Positions 52,270 through 64,000 are shown, counted from the stretch's first letter. The stretch is DNA of 64,000 bases from Candidatus Multivorans sp. (GCA_965224025.1 OZ245033.1:1472001-1536000), one strand, 5' to 3'. Notes: generated by a model not told the origin, from the letters alone. A program made the numbers and translations.

Positions 52270-53613
52270 ATGTTGGACTGGCTCGGCAGCGACACCAGGC
52301 AACGGCGACGCCGGATCTGGGCGGCGATCGTCGGCATCTTCGTGCTTGCCGACCTCAGCCTGTTCGGTTGGTTGATCTTCCGGTCGCTGTCGCAGCGGGA
52401 GCTGAGCCGGATCGTGGTGGAAGCGCGCGCGGAAGCCGAGGAACTGGCGGAGGGGATCGCCGGCCGCGTCGAGAACACGGGGCGCGACCTGTACACCGCC
52501 ATGGCCACCGAGTCCGCGACCCGCAGCTACATCAACAGGGTGTTGGTTCAGCGGGACATCGTTGAAACCGTGGAGATCCGCGACACGGATGGCCGTCTGG
52601 TGTTCCGCAACCGTCGCGAGGAGACCCAGACCGCGGGCGGGGAGCGACCGAATCTCGAGTCGCCCGGCCTGGTCGCGGACACGTTCACCCGGGAGGTGCC
52701 CTACGAGCAGGTCGAGGTGCCGGTGGGCAACATCGGCACTTTCGTGATCGGCATCTCGCGTGCCGAACTGCAACAGCGGTTGGCCGTCCTACGGCGGGAA
52801 CTGCTGCGGCAGGCGGCGATCATCGCCGCGCTGACCGTGGCTCTGTTCGTCGCCGGCTATGTGATCTACAGCCGGCTCTCGCGCCAAACCGCTCTCGCCG
52901 AGCGTCAGGCGCAGGAGGCGGAACAGATGGCCTATGTCGGCACGCTGGCTTCCGGTCTCGCCCACGAGATCCGCAGTCCCTTGAACTCCCTCAACCTGAA
53001 CATGCAGATGCTCCAGGAGGAGATGGCGACGGATGAACGCCGGGCTACCGTGGGGTCGTCCGACCGTCTGGTGGCGATCACGCGCTCCGAGGTCGGCCGT
53101 CTCGAGCGTCTGGTTTCCGATTTCCTCAGCTACGCGCGTCCGGCCGACCTGGATCTTGTGGACACGACAGCGGTCGAGTTGCTGCGTCACTGCACCGAGG
53201 TCGTCGCCGGCAAGTTGCGTTCGGAGCAGGTCGCTTCGGAGATTGACGATCGAACTGGCGGCGCCGTGTTCCAGGTCGATCGCGAGCAGGTGAATCAACT
53301 GCTCCTCAACCTGGTCGACAACGCGGTAGCGGCGATGAACGACTGCGACCATCCGCGTCTCCGTCTCGAGGCTGAGATCCGGGATGGGTCGGTCGTGCTG
53401 GCGGTCGGCGACAACGGTCTCGGCGTGGACGAGGCGGAACGCGAGCGCGTCTTCGATCTGTTCCATTCCGGACGCCGGGGCGGCACCGGTCTGGGGCTCG
53501 CCATCGTGCGCCGCATCGCCAACGCGCACGGCGGCGAGGCGAGGGTCCGGGACGACGACCGTCCCGGCGCCACCTTCGAGGTCGAGCTGCCGCTCGGGCC
53601 ACGCGCTCGTTGA
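52270..53613 (+). CDS. Orphan membrane sensor histidine kinase
   Basis: Two TMs, LAHEIRSPL, NLVDNA, DNGLG, GTGLGL. Confidence 0.92.
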   Translation: MLDWLGSDTRQRRRRIWAAIVGIFVLADLSLFGWLIFRSLSQRELSRIVVEARAEAEELAEGIAGRVENTGRDLYTAMATESATRSYINRVLVQRDIVETVEIRDTDGRLVFRNRREETQTAGGERPNLESPGLVADTFTREVPYEQVEVPVGNIGTFVIGISRAELQQRLAVLRRELLRQAAIIAALTVALFVAGYVIYSRLSRQTALAERQAQEAEQMAYVGTLASGLAHEIRSPLNSLNLNMQMLQEEMATDERRATVGSSDRLVAITRSEVGRLERLVSDFLSYARPADLDLVDTTAVELLRHCTEVVAGKLRSEQVASEIDDRTGGAVFQVDREQVNQLLLNLVDNAVAAMNDCDHPRLRLEAEIRDGSVVLAVGDNGLGVDEAERERVFDLFHSGRRGGTGLGLAIVRRIANAHGGEARVRDDDRPGATFEVELPLGPRAR

Positions 53614-53763
53614 CCAGGTAGCCGGGCGGCTGTTACTGTCGGCGGCCGAATGCTGCTCGGCGGCGTTCGGCGCAGGGGCGTAAGGTCGTTCCGCGCGGGG
53701 AGATGACAGCAGGGGCGAACGACGTTCGGCGCCCACGACATACGGCGCCGCGGAGAGACAACC

Positions 53764-54093
53764 ATGTACGCAGTGATAGAGACCGGCGGCAAGCAGGTCC
53801 GGGTCGCAGAGGGCGACGTCGTGGATCTTGAGCGTGTTGCCGGCGCCGAAGCCGGCTCGGAGGTCGTCTTCGACCGCGTGTTGATGATTGGCGGCGGCGA
53901 GGGCGAAGCCGAAGTCGGTGGCCCCGTCGTTGAGGGGGCGCGCGTACGGGCGCAGCTCGTGTCCGACCTGCGTGGACCCAAGATCGTCGTCTTCAAGTTC
54001 AAGCGCCGCAAGGGCTACCGCCGGCGGAACGGACACCGGCAGGACATGCAGCGCTTCCGGATCGAGGCGATCGAACGGGCGGCCGGGGCTTGA
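53764..54093 (+). CDS. rplU: 50S ribosomal protein L21
   Basis: MYAVIETGGKQ..KFKRRKGY..GHRQ. Confidence 0.98.
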   Translation: MYAVIETGGKQVRVAEGDVVDLERVAGAEAGSEVVFDRVLMIGGGEGEAEVGGPVVEGARVRAQLVSDLRGPKIVVFKFKRRKGYRRRNGHRQDMQRFRIEAIERAAGA

Positions 54094-54119
54094 GACCCCG
54101 AGACGGAGGTCCATAAGAG

Positions 54120-54377
54120 ATGGCGCACAAGAAGGGCCAGGGCTCGAGTCGGAACGGCCGCGATTCGAATCCCAAGAACCTGGGCGTGAAGCGTTACGCG
54201 GGCCAGAGCGTGACGGGCGGGACGATCATCGTTCGCCAGCGCGGCACCCGGTTCTTTCCCGGCGAGAACGTAGGTCGCGGCAACGACGACACGCTCTACG
54301 CGCGGGCGGACGGCGTGGTCGAGTTTCGCAAGCGCGGCCGGCGTGGCACGCTGGTCAACGTTCATCCAGCCGGCTAG
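54120..54377 (+). CDS. rpmA: 50S ribosomal protein L27
   Basis: [21 protein letters not shown]. Confidence 0.99.
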   Translation: MAHKKGQGSSRNGRDSNPKNLGVKRYAGQSVTGGTIIVRQRGTRFFPGENVGRGNDDTLYARADGVVEFRKRGRRGTLVNVHPAG

Positions 54378-54457
54378 CAGCGTGCGCGGCGGGGAATCTG
54401 CGTACCCCATGTTCTGGGGCGCCCGCTCATAGGGCCTGACGCCGCCGGGAGCGGTTG

Positions 54458-55513
54458 ATGCACTTCATCGACGAGGCCGTCATCGATGTCCTCGCGGGTG
54501 CGGGCGGCAACGGTTGCATGGCGTTTCGGCGCGAGAAGTTCGTGCCTCGCGGAGGCCCCTCCGGCGGCGATGGCGGTCATGGCGGCAGCGTCGTCCTGTT
54601 GGGCGCCTCGGGACTCGGCACGTTGTACCGCCTCTCGTTTCCCGCCAACTACCACGCGGAGCGGGGCCGGCACGGCGAGGGCTCGAACAAGACCGGCAGG
54701 AGCGGCGGCGACCTGCTCATTCCGGTGCCGCTCGGCACCGAGGTCTACGACGCGGACAGCGGGGAGGCCCTGGGTGAGGTGCTGACCGAGGACGATCGGC
54801 TGATCGTCGCCCGCGGCGGCGCCGGCGGCCGCGGCAACGCGCGCTTCAAGAGCGCGCGGCAACGGGCGCCGAGGCGCACGGAGCCGGGGACGCCGGGTGA
54901 GCAGAGGCGGCTCCGCCTGGAACTGAAGTTGCTCGCCGATGTCGGGGTCGTCGGCCTGCCGAATGCAGGCAAGTCGACGTTGATCAGTGTTCTGACCGCC
55001 GCCAAGCCGAGGATCGCGGACTATCCGTTCACCACCCTTGTTCCCCAGCTCGGAGTGGTCGGCGCGCCGGCGCTGCCGGTGGAGGCGGCGCCCTTCGTGA
55101 TTGCCGATCTGCCGGGTCTGATCGCGGGCGCCGCCCAGGGCGCCGGACTCGGGACGCGCTTCCTCCGCCACGTCGAGCGATGCCGCGTGCTGCTCCACCT
55201 GGTCGATCTCGGGCCGCAGCCGGAGGAGGCCGGGAGTTCGATCGAGGAGGCCGCGGACACGATCAGCGCCGAACTGGGCGCCTTCAACGAGGATCTCCCG
55301 CGGCGGGCCCGGATTCTGTGCGGCTCGAAGCTGGACATCGCCGACGAGGACAGGCGCCGCGAGCTTCATGAGCTGGCCGCGAGACGGGGACTGCGGGCGT
55401 TCGAGATCTCGGCCGTGGCGGGTGTGGGTCTCGTACCGCTGGTCCGGGAACTTCGGGGCCTGCTCGACGCCCGGGAGGTCGCCGTGGACGTGGCCGCAGG
55501 CGCCCGGCCATGA
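54458..55513 (+). CDS. obgE: GTPase Obg
   Basis: FRREKFVPRGGP.GGDGG, GLPNAGKST, YPFTT, DLPG. Confidence 0.98.
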   Translation: MHFIDEAVIDVLAGAGGNGCMAFRREKFVPRGGPSGGDGGHGGSVVLLGASGLGTLYRLSFPANYHAERGRHGEGSNKTGRSGGDLLIPVPLGTEVYDADSGEALGEVLTEDDRLIVARGGAGGRGNARFKSARQRAPRRTEPGTPGEQRRLRLELKLLADVGVVGLPNAGKSTLISVLTAAKPRIADYPFTTLVPQLGVVGAPALPVEAAPFVIADLPGLIAGAAQGAGLGTRFLRHVERCRVLLHLVDLGPQPEEAGSSIEEAADTISAELGAFNEDLPRRARILCGSKLDIADEDRRRELHELAARRGLRAFEISAVAGVGLVPLVRELRGLLDAREVAVDVAAGARP

Positions 55514-56118
55514 GCGGAGCAGGGGCGCGGATCGGGCTCTTCGGCGGCAGCTTCGATCCGATCCACAACGGACACATTCTGCCGGTGCTCGCGGCTCGGA
55601 AATCGCTCGGACTCGATGTCGTCCACTACCTGCCGACTGCCTGCCCGCCGCACAAGCCGCGGGGGACGAGGGCGCCGGCTCTCTCGCGCAACACGATGGT
55701 GGAGTTGGCGCTGCTGCCCTACTCCGAACTCGTCGTGTCGGATGCCGAACTCGATCTCGGGCGATCCGTGTACACGATCGAGACGGTGGAGCGCTACGCG
55801 GCCGAGTTCCCGGATGCCAGTCTGCATCTGCTCCTGGGCGTCGACAGTTTCAACGAATTGCCCGGCTGGCGGCGCTTTGGCGACTTGATCGAGGCCGTGA
55901 AGCTGGTTGTCCTGGCGCGTCCGGGGGAGCGCGGTCTCGCGCCGGAGGTGCGCTCGTCGGTCGAGAGTGCGCGAGGCTACGCCCTCGTCCGGCACCGTTC
56001 GGTCGATGTCTCGTCGAGCGACATTCGGCGCCGGCTGGCGCAGGGTGCGGAAGTGAGCACGGATTTGATGCCGGACCCGGTGCTGCGCTACTGTCGCAAG
56101 TACGGGTTGTATCGTTGA
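55510..56118 (+). CDS. nadD: Nicotinate-nucleotide adenylyltransferase
   Basis: GGSFDPIHNGH, PPHK, YTIET, VSSSDIR. Confidence 0.95.
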   Translation: MSGAGARIGLFGGSFDPIHNGHILPVLAARKSLGLDVVHYLPTACPPHKPRGTRAPALSRNTMVELALLPYSELVVSDAELDLGRSVYTIETVERYAAEFPDASLHLLLGVDSFNELPGWRRFGDLIEAVKLVVLARPGERGLAPEVRSSVESARGYALVRHRSVDVSSSDIRRRLAQGAEVSTDLMPDPVLRYCRKYGLYR

Positions 56119-56531
56119 CGCAAGTACAGACGCTCCAGGCCCCGGCGGGCGCGACTACCCACGATCCGGAGGGGCCCACCGACTCCGAGGACCGTGTCCG
56201 CACGGCCGCCGCGGCGGCGCTTGATCGCAAGGCGCAGGATCTGCGGGTACTGGAACTCACCGAAGTCAGCGACTTCACCGACTACTTCGTCATCTGCAAC
56301 GGCGCCAACGCCCGCCAGGTGAGCAGCATCGCGGAAGCGGTGGAGCGCAGGCTACGCGCCGCCGGCGCCCGGCCGCTGCATCTCGAAGGCGCGGGCAGGG
56401 GCCAGTGGGTGCTGCTCGACTACGGTGACGTGGTCGTCCACGTGTTCGACGCCGAGCGGCGTGAACTCTACAGGCTGGAACGGCTGTGGTCCGACGCGCC
56501 GGACCGGACCGCGGAACTCGCACCCGACTGA
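56115..56531 (+). CDS. rsfS: Ribosome silencing factor
   Basis: KAQD, TDYFVIC, WVLLDYGDVVVHVF, YRLERLW. Confidence 0.95.
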   Translation: MTQVQTLQAPAGATTHDPEGPTDSEDRVRTAAAAALDRKAQDLRVLELTEVSDFTDYFVICNGANARQVSSIAEAVERRLRAAGARPLHLEGAGRGQWVLLDYGDVVVHVFDAERRELYRLERLWSDAPDRTAELAPD

Positions 56532-56543
56532 GCGCGACCTGCG

Positions 56544-56765
56544 ATGAGTGCGGTGCTGCAACTCCGGGTCAACGGCCAGGAGCGGGAACTGGCTTCGTCG
56601 GGATCCGGCGTCACCGTTCTCGATCTGCTTGCGAGCCTGGACCAGCACCCGAAGACGGTGGCGGTCGAGGTGAACCGCGAACTCGTGCCGCGCGCCCGCT
56701 TCGGCGAAACGGCGCTCCGCGACGGGGACCGGGTCGAGGTCGTTCGCTTCGTCCAGGGTGGCTAG
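56544..56765 (+). CDS. thiS: Sulfur carrier protein ThiS
   Basis: [23 protein letters not shown]-terminus. Confidence 0.9.
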   Translation: MSAVLQLRVNGQERELASSGSGVTVLDLLASLDQHPKTVAVEVNRELVPRARFGETALRDGDRVEVVRFVQGG

Positions 56766-56833
56766 CGACGCAGTGTTCTACGGGGGCTGGGTCGAGATCG
56801 TTCGCTTCGTCCAGGGTGGTTGGAGACGCAGTG
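56731..56833 (+). repeat. Imperfect 58-bp-period duplication of the thiS 3' end
   Basis: gggtcgag(g/a)tcgttcgcttcgtccagggtgg..gacgcagtg at 56731 and 56789. Confidence 0.9.
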
Positions 56834-56902
56834 ATTCGGTATAGTCCCGCGCTGCCGCCGGCACCGGGCGAAACCGGTTGACGCCGAGGCGGCATGGAGG
56901 CC

Positions 56903-56978
56903 GGGCCGCTAGCTCAATTGGCAGAGCAACAGACTCTTAATCTGTGGGTTCTAGGTTCGATTCCTAGGCGGCTCACCA
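56903..56978 (+). tRNA. tRNA-Lys(CTT)
   Basis: GGGCCGCTAGCTCAATTGGCAGAGC..ACAGA-CTCTTAA-TCTGT..GTTCGATTCC..GCGGCTCACCA. Confidence 0.97.
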
Positions 56979-57026
56979 CGCCCCACCCGTGGCGGCCGAA
57001 GCTTCCGCACTGCTACGGCGCGAAAC

Positions 57027-57108
57027 GCGAAAGTGGCGGAACTGGTAGACGCGCTAGACTTAGGATCTAGTCCCGAAAGGGTTGGGGGTTCGAGTCCCCC
57101 CTTTCGCA
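57027..57108 (+). tRNA. tRNA-Leu(TAG)
   Basis: GCGAAAG/CTTTCGC acceptor, CTAGA-CTTAGGA-TCTAG anticodon arm, variable arm; CCA not encoded. Confidence 0.95.
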
Positions 57109-57116
57109 CGCCCGAC

Positions 57117-57190
57117 GCGGAACCGGTCGAGCGCTAGACTCAGAATCTAGTCCCGCAAGGGTTTGGGGGTTCGAGTCCCCCCTTTCGCAC
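57117..57190 (+). pseudogene. Partial tandem copy of tRNA-Leu with anticodon CAG
   Basis: Matches 57036-57109; lacks the 5' acceptor strand; D arm degraded. Confidence 0.85.
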
Positions 57191-57246
57191 TTCTGGCCCC
57201 CTCGCTTACTCGCACTACCGGAATCGACTGAGTCTCCCGTTCGACC

Positions 57247-58596
57247 ATGGCTGTAGTGGTCACGAAAAGGGAGGTCGGCTTGTGCCGGCACGAGTTCGAC
57301 ATCGAGGTGCCGGCCGAGGAGGTCGATGCCGAGTTCCTGCGGGTGGCCAGGGACTACCGCCGCCGGGCCCGCCTCGACGGCTTCCGCAAGGGCAAGGCGC
57401 CGCTCGACCTGATCCGCCAACGGTTCGCCGAGGCGATCGGCGAGGACGTGTCGGAGCGGCTGGCGCCGAAGTACTGGAATCTGGCGCGCGAAGAAGAGGA
57501 CGTCCACGCCATGCTGCCGCCAAGCGTCGGGCCGGTCGAGGTGGTTCCCGGCCAGCCGCTGCGCTTCGCGGTGACGGTCGACGTCGAGCCCGAGGTCGAC
57601 ATCGGCGATGACCGGAGCTTCGAGTTGCCGCAGCCCGAGACGGCGCCCACCGAAGCGGAGGTCGACGAAGTGCTGGAGCAGGTCCGCCTGGAGCGTGCGA
57701 CCTGGGTGCCTGTCGACCGCTCCGCGGCGCGCGGCGACCGGGTGCGCGGGAAGGTCCATCGGGCCGCCATGCCCGGTTTCGATGCGGACGCGGCGGGCGC
57801 CGGCGAGGACGCGGACCGCAACGGGCCGGCGACCCACGACATCGACCTGGAGCTGGGCGACGAGCGGGTCTGGCCTGAACTCACCGACAACCTGACGGGG
57901 CTCTCGGCCGGTCAGACGGCAACGTTCGAGCGCGTCGAGCAGGAGGACAGCATCGAGCGGCAGCGCCGGTACGGCATCGAACTCCACGAGGTGCTCGAGC
58001 GGAAGCTGCCCGAGGTCGACGACGACTGGGCCAGCGGTCTGGCCGCGAGCATCGGGAGCGTCGACGATCTGCGGGAGAACCTCCGCGGGCAGGTGGAGGC
58101 GCGGAAGGTCGAGGCTGCCGGCCACCAGCGTTCGGACGCGCTGTTCGATCAGTTGCGCGAGCGCTATCCGGTCACCCTGCCGGAGGCGGTGGAGGAGCGC
58201 GAGGCGTTCCAGATGGCGCGGTCCTACGCGAACAACCTGGCTCGACGGGGTGTCGATCTCGAGCAGCAGCAGTTGCCCTGGGAGCAGATGATGGAGGAGA
58301 TCCGTCCGCAGGCGGGCAAACGGGCGCACGCCTCCTTCCTGCTCGACCGGATCGCCCGGGAGGACGGGATCGAACCGACCCGGGAAGACCTCGAGCGCGC
58401 GCTGGAGATCATGGCTCGCGCCCGCAACACGAACCGCGGCAAGCTGCGCCGCGAGCTGGAGCGGGATGGCGGCCTGGAGATGTTGAAGATCGAACTCAGA
58501 CGGGACAAGACGGTGCAGGCTCTTCTCGAGGCCAACGCGCCGGCTGATGGATCGGGCGGCGAAACGGAAGAATCCGCCGCCGAAGGAGAGGACTAG
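57247..58596 (+). CDS. tig: Trigger factor
   Basis: DGFRKGKAP; position upstream of clpP. Confidence 0.92.
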   Translation: MAVVVTKREVGLCRHEFDIEVPAEEVDAEFLRVARDYRRRARLDGFRKGKAPLDLIRQRFAEAIGEDVSERLAPKYWNLAREEEDVHAMLPPSVGPVEVVPGQPLRFAVTVDVEPEVDIGDDRSFELPQPETAPTEAEVDEVLEQVRLERATWVPVDRSAARGDRVRGKVHRAAMPGFDADAAGAGEDADRNGPATHDIDLELGDERVWPELTDNLTGLSAGQTATFERVEQEDSIERQRRYGIELHEVLERKLPEVDDDWASGLAASIGSVDDLRENLRGQVEARKVEAAGHQRSDALFDQLRERYPVTLPEAVEEREAFQMARSYANNLARRGVDLEQQQLPWEQMMEEIRPQAGKRAHASFLLDRIAREDGIEPTREDLERALEIMARARNTNRGKLRRELERDGGLEMLKIELRRDKTVQALLEANAPADGSGGETEESAAEGED

Positions 58597-58598
58597 CG

Positions 58599-58740
58599 AT
58601 GCTGTACCCATTGTGGCCGGGCAGCAGGACCGGACGGAAAGAGAGGGCTGAGGGGATGCTTGTACTCATGGTGGTTGGGCAGCAGGACCGGACGGAAAGA
58701 GAGGGCTGAGGGGATGCTTGTACCCATGGTGGTTGAGCAG
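58599..58740 (+). repeat. 57-58-bp tandem repeat of the clpP RBS and first codons
   Basis: ATG-containing units start at 58599, 58656 and 58714; cagcaggaccggacggaaagagagggctgagggg occurs twice. Confidence 0.92.
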
Positions 58741-59304
58741 ACCAACCGGGGAGAACGCGCCTACGACATCTACTCGCGGCTGCTCAAGGACAACATCGTG
58801 TTCCTCGGCCGGGCGATCGACGACGACGTGGCGAATCTTGTCATCGCGCAGATGCTGTTTCTCGAGTCCGAGAACCCGGAGAAGGACATCTCGCTCTACA
58901 TCAACTCGCCGGGCGGCTCGGTGACCGCGGGCTTCGCCATATACGACACGATGCAGCATGTGAAGCCGGACGTATCGACCCTGTGTGTCGGTCAGGCCGC
59001 GTCCTTCGCCGCGGTGCTGCTGGCGGGCGGCGCCAAGGAGAAGCGGCTCGTGCTGCCCAACGCGCGGGTGCTGATTCACCAACCTTGGGTGCAGAGCCTC
59101 GGGGGCCAGCAGACGGACATCGACATCCATGCCCAGGACCTGCTGAGGATGCGCGGCCGGATCGACGAACTGCTGGCTTTGCACACCGGCAAACCGACCG
59201 ATGAAGTCCACGCCGACACCGAGCGCGACAAGATTCTCACCGCCGAGATGGCGGTCGAGTACGGGCTCGCCGACCGCGTTGTCGAGCGTCGAGGAGCTGC
59301 CTGA
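58714..59304 (+). CDS. clpP: ATP-dependent Clp protease proteolytic subunit
   Basis: [40 protein letters not shown]. Confidence 0.98.
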   Translation: MLVPMVVEQTNRGERAYDIYSRLLKDNIVFLGRAIDDDVANLVIAQMLFLESENPEKDISLYINSPGGSVTAGFAIYDTMQHVKPDVSTLCVGQAASFAAVLLAGGAKEKRLVLPNARVLIHQPWVQSLGGQQTDIDIHAQDLLRMRGRIDELLALHTGKPTDEVHADTERDKILTAEMAVEYGLADRVVERRGAA

Positions 59305-59384
59305 CGGACCGACTGCGGCGGGGACTGCATACGAGAGTTGTCCCGGCCAGGCTCTCTGGGGAGAGGCCGCCATGAAGAAGTGCC

Positions 59385-59847
59385 CATAGTGCGAGCCGGG
59401 TGGCGAGATCACCCCGCATGGCGGAGGGATGCCGGCTCGTACGCTCTAAGCGTCAATGGTCCGTCACAGGCTCGACCGCCACCGGTTGCGCCTCCTACGG
59501 CTCCAGACCCGCCGACAACCCCTCCCGATCCAGACCCCGACCCGGACCCCGGCCCCGGCCCCGACCCCGAGCCGGACCCCGATCCGCCCACGGCTCCAGC
59601 GCTGTCCGGCAGAGTCAGCGTCACGACTCCGGCGGGATTGACCCGGCACTACCGTGTCCGCCCCGTCAGTGCGCTTGGAGACGGAGCGTGGTCTTCCCAT
59701 GTGGAGCTCACGTCCGAGTCGCCGCCGCCACTGTCGGCGCCAAGCATCCCCAACGTCAGCAACCTCCCGTCCCTGTTTCTCGGGGGAGGCAGGTTGCTGT
59801 CCACAGCTTCATTGGAAAGTAGGACGGCCGCGAGAACCAGCGGCTAA
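59385..59847 (+). pseudogene. Relic of a surface protein: Pro/Asp linker plus fibronectin type III fragment
   Basis: PDPDPDPDPGPGPDPEPDPDPP, then TRHYRVRPVSALGDGAWS; no signal peptide or credible start. Confidence 0.6.
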
Positions 59848-60014
59848 CCCAGGTAGCCCGTTGTTGATCCCTCCCGCCCGAGTCCCGATAGAGGGACCGG
59901 CGGCGGCGACCCCGGACCGGCGCCGCATGCTAGGATCCGTCGGTACTCTCGGCCTGCGGCACCCCCGCCGGCAGGCCGAATGGATAGTGAGAAACAAGCG
60001 GAAACGACGGACGA

Positions 60015-61250
<1,236 letters not shown>

Positions 61251-61252
61251 CG

Positions 61253-63727
61253 GTGGCTTCCGGATACGTTTCGACTTCGAGCGAGCGGCTGCCGTTGGTG
61301 CCGCTGCGGGACATGGTCGTCTTCCCGCAGATGATGGCCCCCTTCATCGTCGGGCGCCGCGGTTCGGTGCTGGCGCTGGAGCACACCCTCGGCACGGCCG
61401 GCAAGCTGATCTTCCTGGTCGCCCAGCGGGATCCCAAGGTGGACGATCCCGGTATCGACGACATCCATCCGATCGGAGTCGTCGCGCGGGTGGTTCAGAA
61501 CGTGAAGTTGCCGAACGGCAACGTGAAGGTCATGGTCGAAGGGCTGCGCCGGGCCGAATTGCGGACCCTGGAGGAAAAGGACGGCGCCTTCGAGGCCGAG
61601 GTCGAAGTCTACGAGATCCACTACCCGGCCGACGACAAGGTGCAGGTCTACATGAGCCGGCTGCTCAACAGCTTCGAGCAGTACGCAAAGATGTCCCACC
61701 ACCTGGCCTTCGAGAGCTTGATGCCGACGCTCAAGCTCGACGATCCCGACCGCTTCGCCGACGCCCTGGCGGCGCACCTGACCGTTTCCACGGCCGAGAA
61801 GCAGACCCTGCTGGAGACCTTGAATCCGTACGAACGCCTGCAGGCGGTTCACGATCTGCTCGATGTCGAGGTCGAGAAGATCAACATCGACAAGCGGATC
61901 AACGTGCAGGTCAAGAAGCAAATGGAGAAGGCGCAAAAGGAGTACTACCTCAACGAGAAGATCAAGGCGATCCACCACGAGTTGGGGCGCAAGGACGATC
62001 GCGCCGACGAGATCGCCGAGCTGAAGCAGAAGATCGAGAAGTCCGGCGCTCCGAAACTGGTGCGCGACAGGGCCGCGCAGGAGCTGCGCCGGCTGGAGGC
62101 CATGCCGCCGGTGTCGGCCGAGGCGACCGTGTCACGCAACTACGTCGACTGGCTCGTCTCGGTGCCGTGGAAGAAGCGGCGCCGCGAGCTGAAGGATCTG
62201 AAGAAGGCGGCCACGATCCTGGACCAGGGTCATCACGGGCTGGAGAAGGTCAAGGAGCGGGTGCTGGAGTTCCTCGCCGTCCGGCAACTGACGAGCAAGA
62301 CCCAGACATCGATCATCTGCTTCGTCGGTCCACCGGGCGTGGGCAAGTCGTCGCTGGCCAAGTCCATCGCCTCCGCCACGGGCCGCAAGTTCGTGCGCCT
62401 TTCCCTGGGCGGCGTGCGCGACGAGGCGGAAATCCGCGGGCACCGGCGTACGTACATCGGCGCCTTTCCCGGCCAGATCATCCAGATGATGAAGCGGGCG
62501 GGGACGGTCAATCCGGTGTTCCTGCTCGACGAGGTCGACAAGATGTCGATGGACTTCCGCGGCGATCCGTCGTCGGCGCTGCTGGAGGTGCTGGACCCGG
62601 AACAGAACGACACCTTCGTCGACCACTACATGGACGTGGAGTACGACCTCTCCAAAGTGATGTTCATCGCCACAGCGAACGTCGAGCACCCGATTCCTCC
62701 CGCGCTGCGGGACCGGATGGAGATCATCCATCTCGCCGGGTACACGCCGAACGAGAAGCTGGAGATCGCGCGCCAGTTCCTGGTGCCAAGGCAGTTGGAC
62801 AGCCACGGCCTGACCGACGATGCGATCCGGTTCGGCGACGACAGCCTCGGGTTCCTGATGGACTCCTACACCCGCGAGGCGGGAGTCCGGAACCTGGAGC
62901 GCGAGATTGCCGCCGTGTGCCGCAAGCTGGCCCGAAGGCTGGTCGAAGACGGTCGAGCCGAGAAGGTGAAGGCGAAATCGAAGAGAAGGGGCAAGAGCAA
63001 GGGCAAGGCCGCATCTTCGGCGTCCGCGATTGCCGTCGACCGGGAACTGGTTTCGGAACTCCTCGGCAAGCCCAAGTTCCGTCCTCGCAAGAAGCTCGAT
63101 CAGTCCGAAGTCGGCGTGGCTACTGGACTGGCCTGGACCCAGGCCGGGGGCGAGTTGCTGGAGAGCGAAGTCGGCCTGATGAAAGGCACCGGCAAGCTGA
63201 TCCTGACCGGCAAGCTCGGCGACGTGATGAAGGAGTCCGCGCGGGCCGCGATGTCCTATCTCCGCAGCCGCGCCGACGTGTTCGGCCTCGAGCCCGGCTT
63301 CCACGCCGACCAGGACCTCCACATCCACGTGCCCGAGGGCGCCATCCCCAAGGACGGTCCGTCGGCCGGCATCACGATGGCCTCCGCGTTGATCTCGGCT
63401 CTCCTCAGGGTACCGGTGCGGGGCGACGTGGCGATGACCGGGGAAATCACACTGCGCGGGAAAGTGCTGCCGGTTGGCGGCATCAAGGACAAGGTGCTGG
63501 CGGCGTACAGGGCCGGGATCTTCGAGCTCCTGCTTCCGAAGGAGAACGAGAAGGATCTCGAGGAAGTGCCGGAGGAGGTCCGGGAAGAGATGACGTTCCA
63601 TCTCGTCGAGTCGATGGACGATGTGCTGGAAACCGTCTTCGACGACGTCGTCCTCCGGGTGCCCGAAGTGCCGGCCGAATTCCAGAAGGCGGCGGACGAG
63701 GCCCCGCCGGCCAACGTCGCTCACTAG
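61253..63727 (+). CDS. lon: Lon protease
   Basis: [40 protein letters not shown]. Confidence 0.99.
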   Translation: MASGYVSTSSERLPLVPLRDMVVFPQMMAPFIVGRRGSVLALEHTLGTAGKLIFLVAQRDPKVDDPGIDDIHPIGVVARVVQNVKLPNGNVKVMVEGLRRAELRTLEEKDGAFEAEVEVYEIHYPADDKVQVYMSRLLNSFEQYAKMSHHLAFESLMPTLKLDDPDRFADALAAHLTVSTAEKQTLLETLNPYERLQAVHDLLDVEVEKINIDKRINVQVKKQMEKAQKEYYLNEKIKAIHHELGRKDDRADEIAELKQKIEKSGAPKLVRDRAAQELRRLEAMPPVSAEATVSRNYVDWLVSVPWKKRRRELKDLKKAATILDQGHHGLEKVKERVLEFLAVRQLTSKTQTSIICFVGPPGVGKSSLAKSIASATGRKFVRLSLGGVRDEAEIRGHRRTYIGAFPGQIIQMMKRAGTVNPVFLLDEVDKMSMDFRGDPSSALLEVLDPEQNDTFVDHYMDVEYDLSKVMFIATANVEHPIPPALRDRMEIIHLAGYTPNEKLEIARQFLVPRQLDSHGLTDDAIRFGDDSLGFLMDSYTREAGVRNLEREIAAVCRKLARRLVEDGRAEKVKAKSKRRGKSKGKAASSASAIAVDRELVSELLGKPKFRPRKKLDQSEVGVATGLAWTQAGGELLESEVGLMKGTGKLILTGKLGDVMKESARAAMSYLRSRADVFGLEPGFHADQDLHIHVPEGAIPKDGPSAGITMASALISALLRVPVRGDVAMTGEITLRGKVLPVGGIKDKVLAAYRAGIFELLLPKENEKDLEEVPEEVREEMTFHLVESMDDVLETVFDDVVLRVPEVPAEFQKAADEAPPANVAH

Positions 63728-63776
63728 GAATCTGCGCCCCCGGGCAGACTCCTGAGAGACCGGGAGGAACGGGACC

Positions 63777-64000
63777 GTGAAGGTCCGCAGCGCGCGCTTC
63801 GTCATCTCGGCCGTGCGGTCGGCCGATCTGCCCAGAGACGGTCGCCCCCAGATCGTCTTCGCCGGGCGGTCGAATGTCGGCAAGTCGAGCCTGATCAACC
63901 GGATGCTCGGGCGCAAGGACCTTGCGCGCACGAGTTCCAGGCCGGGGCGTACCCGTACCGTCAACTTCTTCCTGATCGACGAGTCGTGGTACGCGGTGGA
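63777..64000 (+). CDS. engB: Ribosome biogenesis GTPase EngB/YihA, runs off the window end
   Basis: [42 protein letters not shown]. Confidence 0.95.
   Translation, partial: MKVRSARFVISAVRSADLPRDGRPQIVFAGRSNVGKSSLINRMLGRKDLARTSSRPGRTRTVNFFLIDESWYAV

Noticed and set aside
56731-58740. CRISPR array at the short tandem repeats
   Set aside because: Only 2-3 units, copied from adjacent genes, with no unique spacers and no cas genes.
62950-63030. Lys-rich insertion in Lon
   Set aside because: A variable loop with no similarity to either repeat family.

Overview
High-GC window from a diderm bacterium. Gene content and order (kdtA, lpxK, lpxC, ntrYX, selB, smpB-uvrA, rplU-rpmA-obg-nadD-rsfS, tig-clpP-clpX-lon-engB) and the accessory families (Uma2, ASPIC/UnbV, FN3 relic) suggest Acidobacteriota, possibly a host-associated lineage; this is inference. 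Most of the window is housekeeping, with three tRNAs (Ala-CGC, Lys-CTT, Leu-TAG) and small accessory inserts: RHH-ParE plus HNH, a decayed AAA-ATPase/PIN pair, vapBC, and an island at 40.1-43.8 kb. The most unusual signals are: (1) a modular palindromic repeat family with compensatory stem changes that brackets the ASPIC/UnbV gene, flanks a Uma2 nuclease gene and sits in frame inside selB; (2) a second, REP-like palindrome family translated inside both M16 peptidase subunits; (3) a secreted Cys/Gly-rich protein with a TonB-box-like motif, a hairpin-sequestered RBS and a coupled membrane gene (candidate bacteriocin-immunity pair); (4) a GAF-sigma54 activator, sigma54 promoter, 73-aa membrane protein and RsbW/V/U module with no alternative sigma factor next to it; (5) several scars of local duplication and loss. 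Single-base frameshifts in lpxK, selB and two island genes are probably sequencing errors. All alignments were done by eye and no database searches were run.
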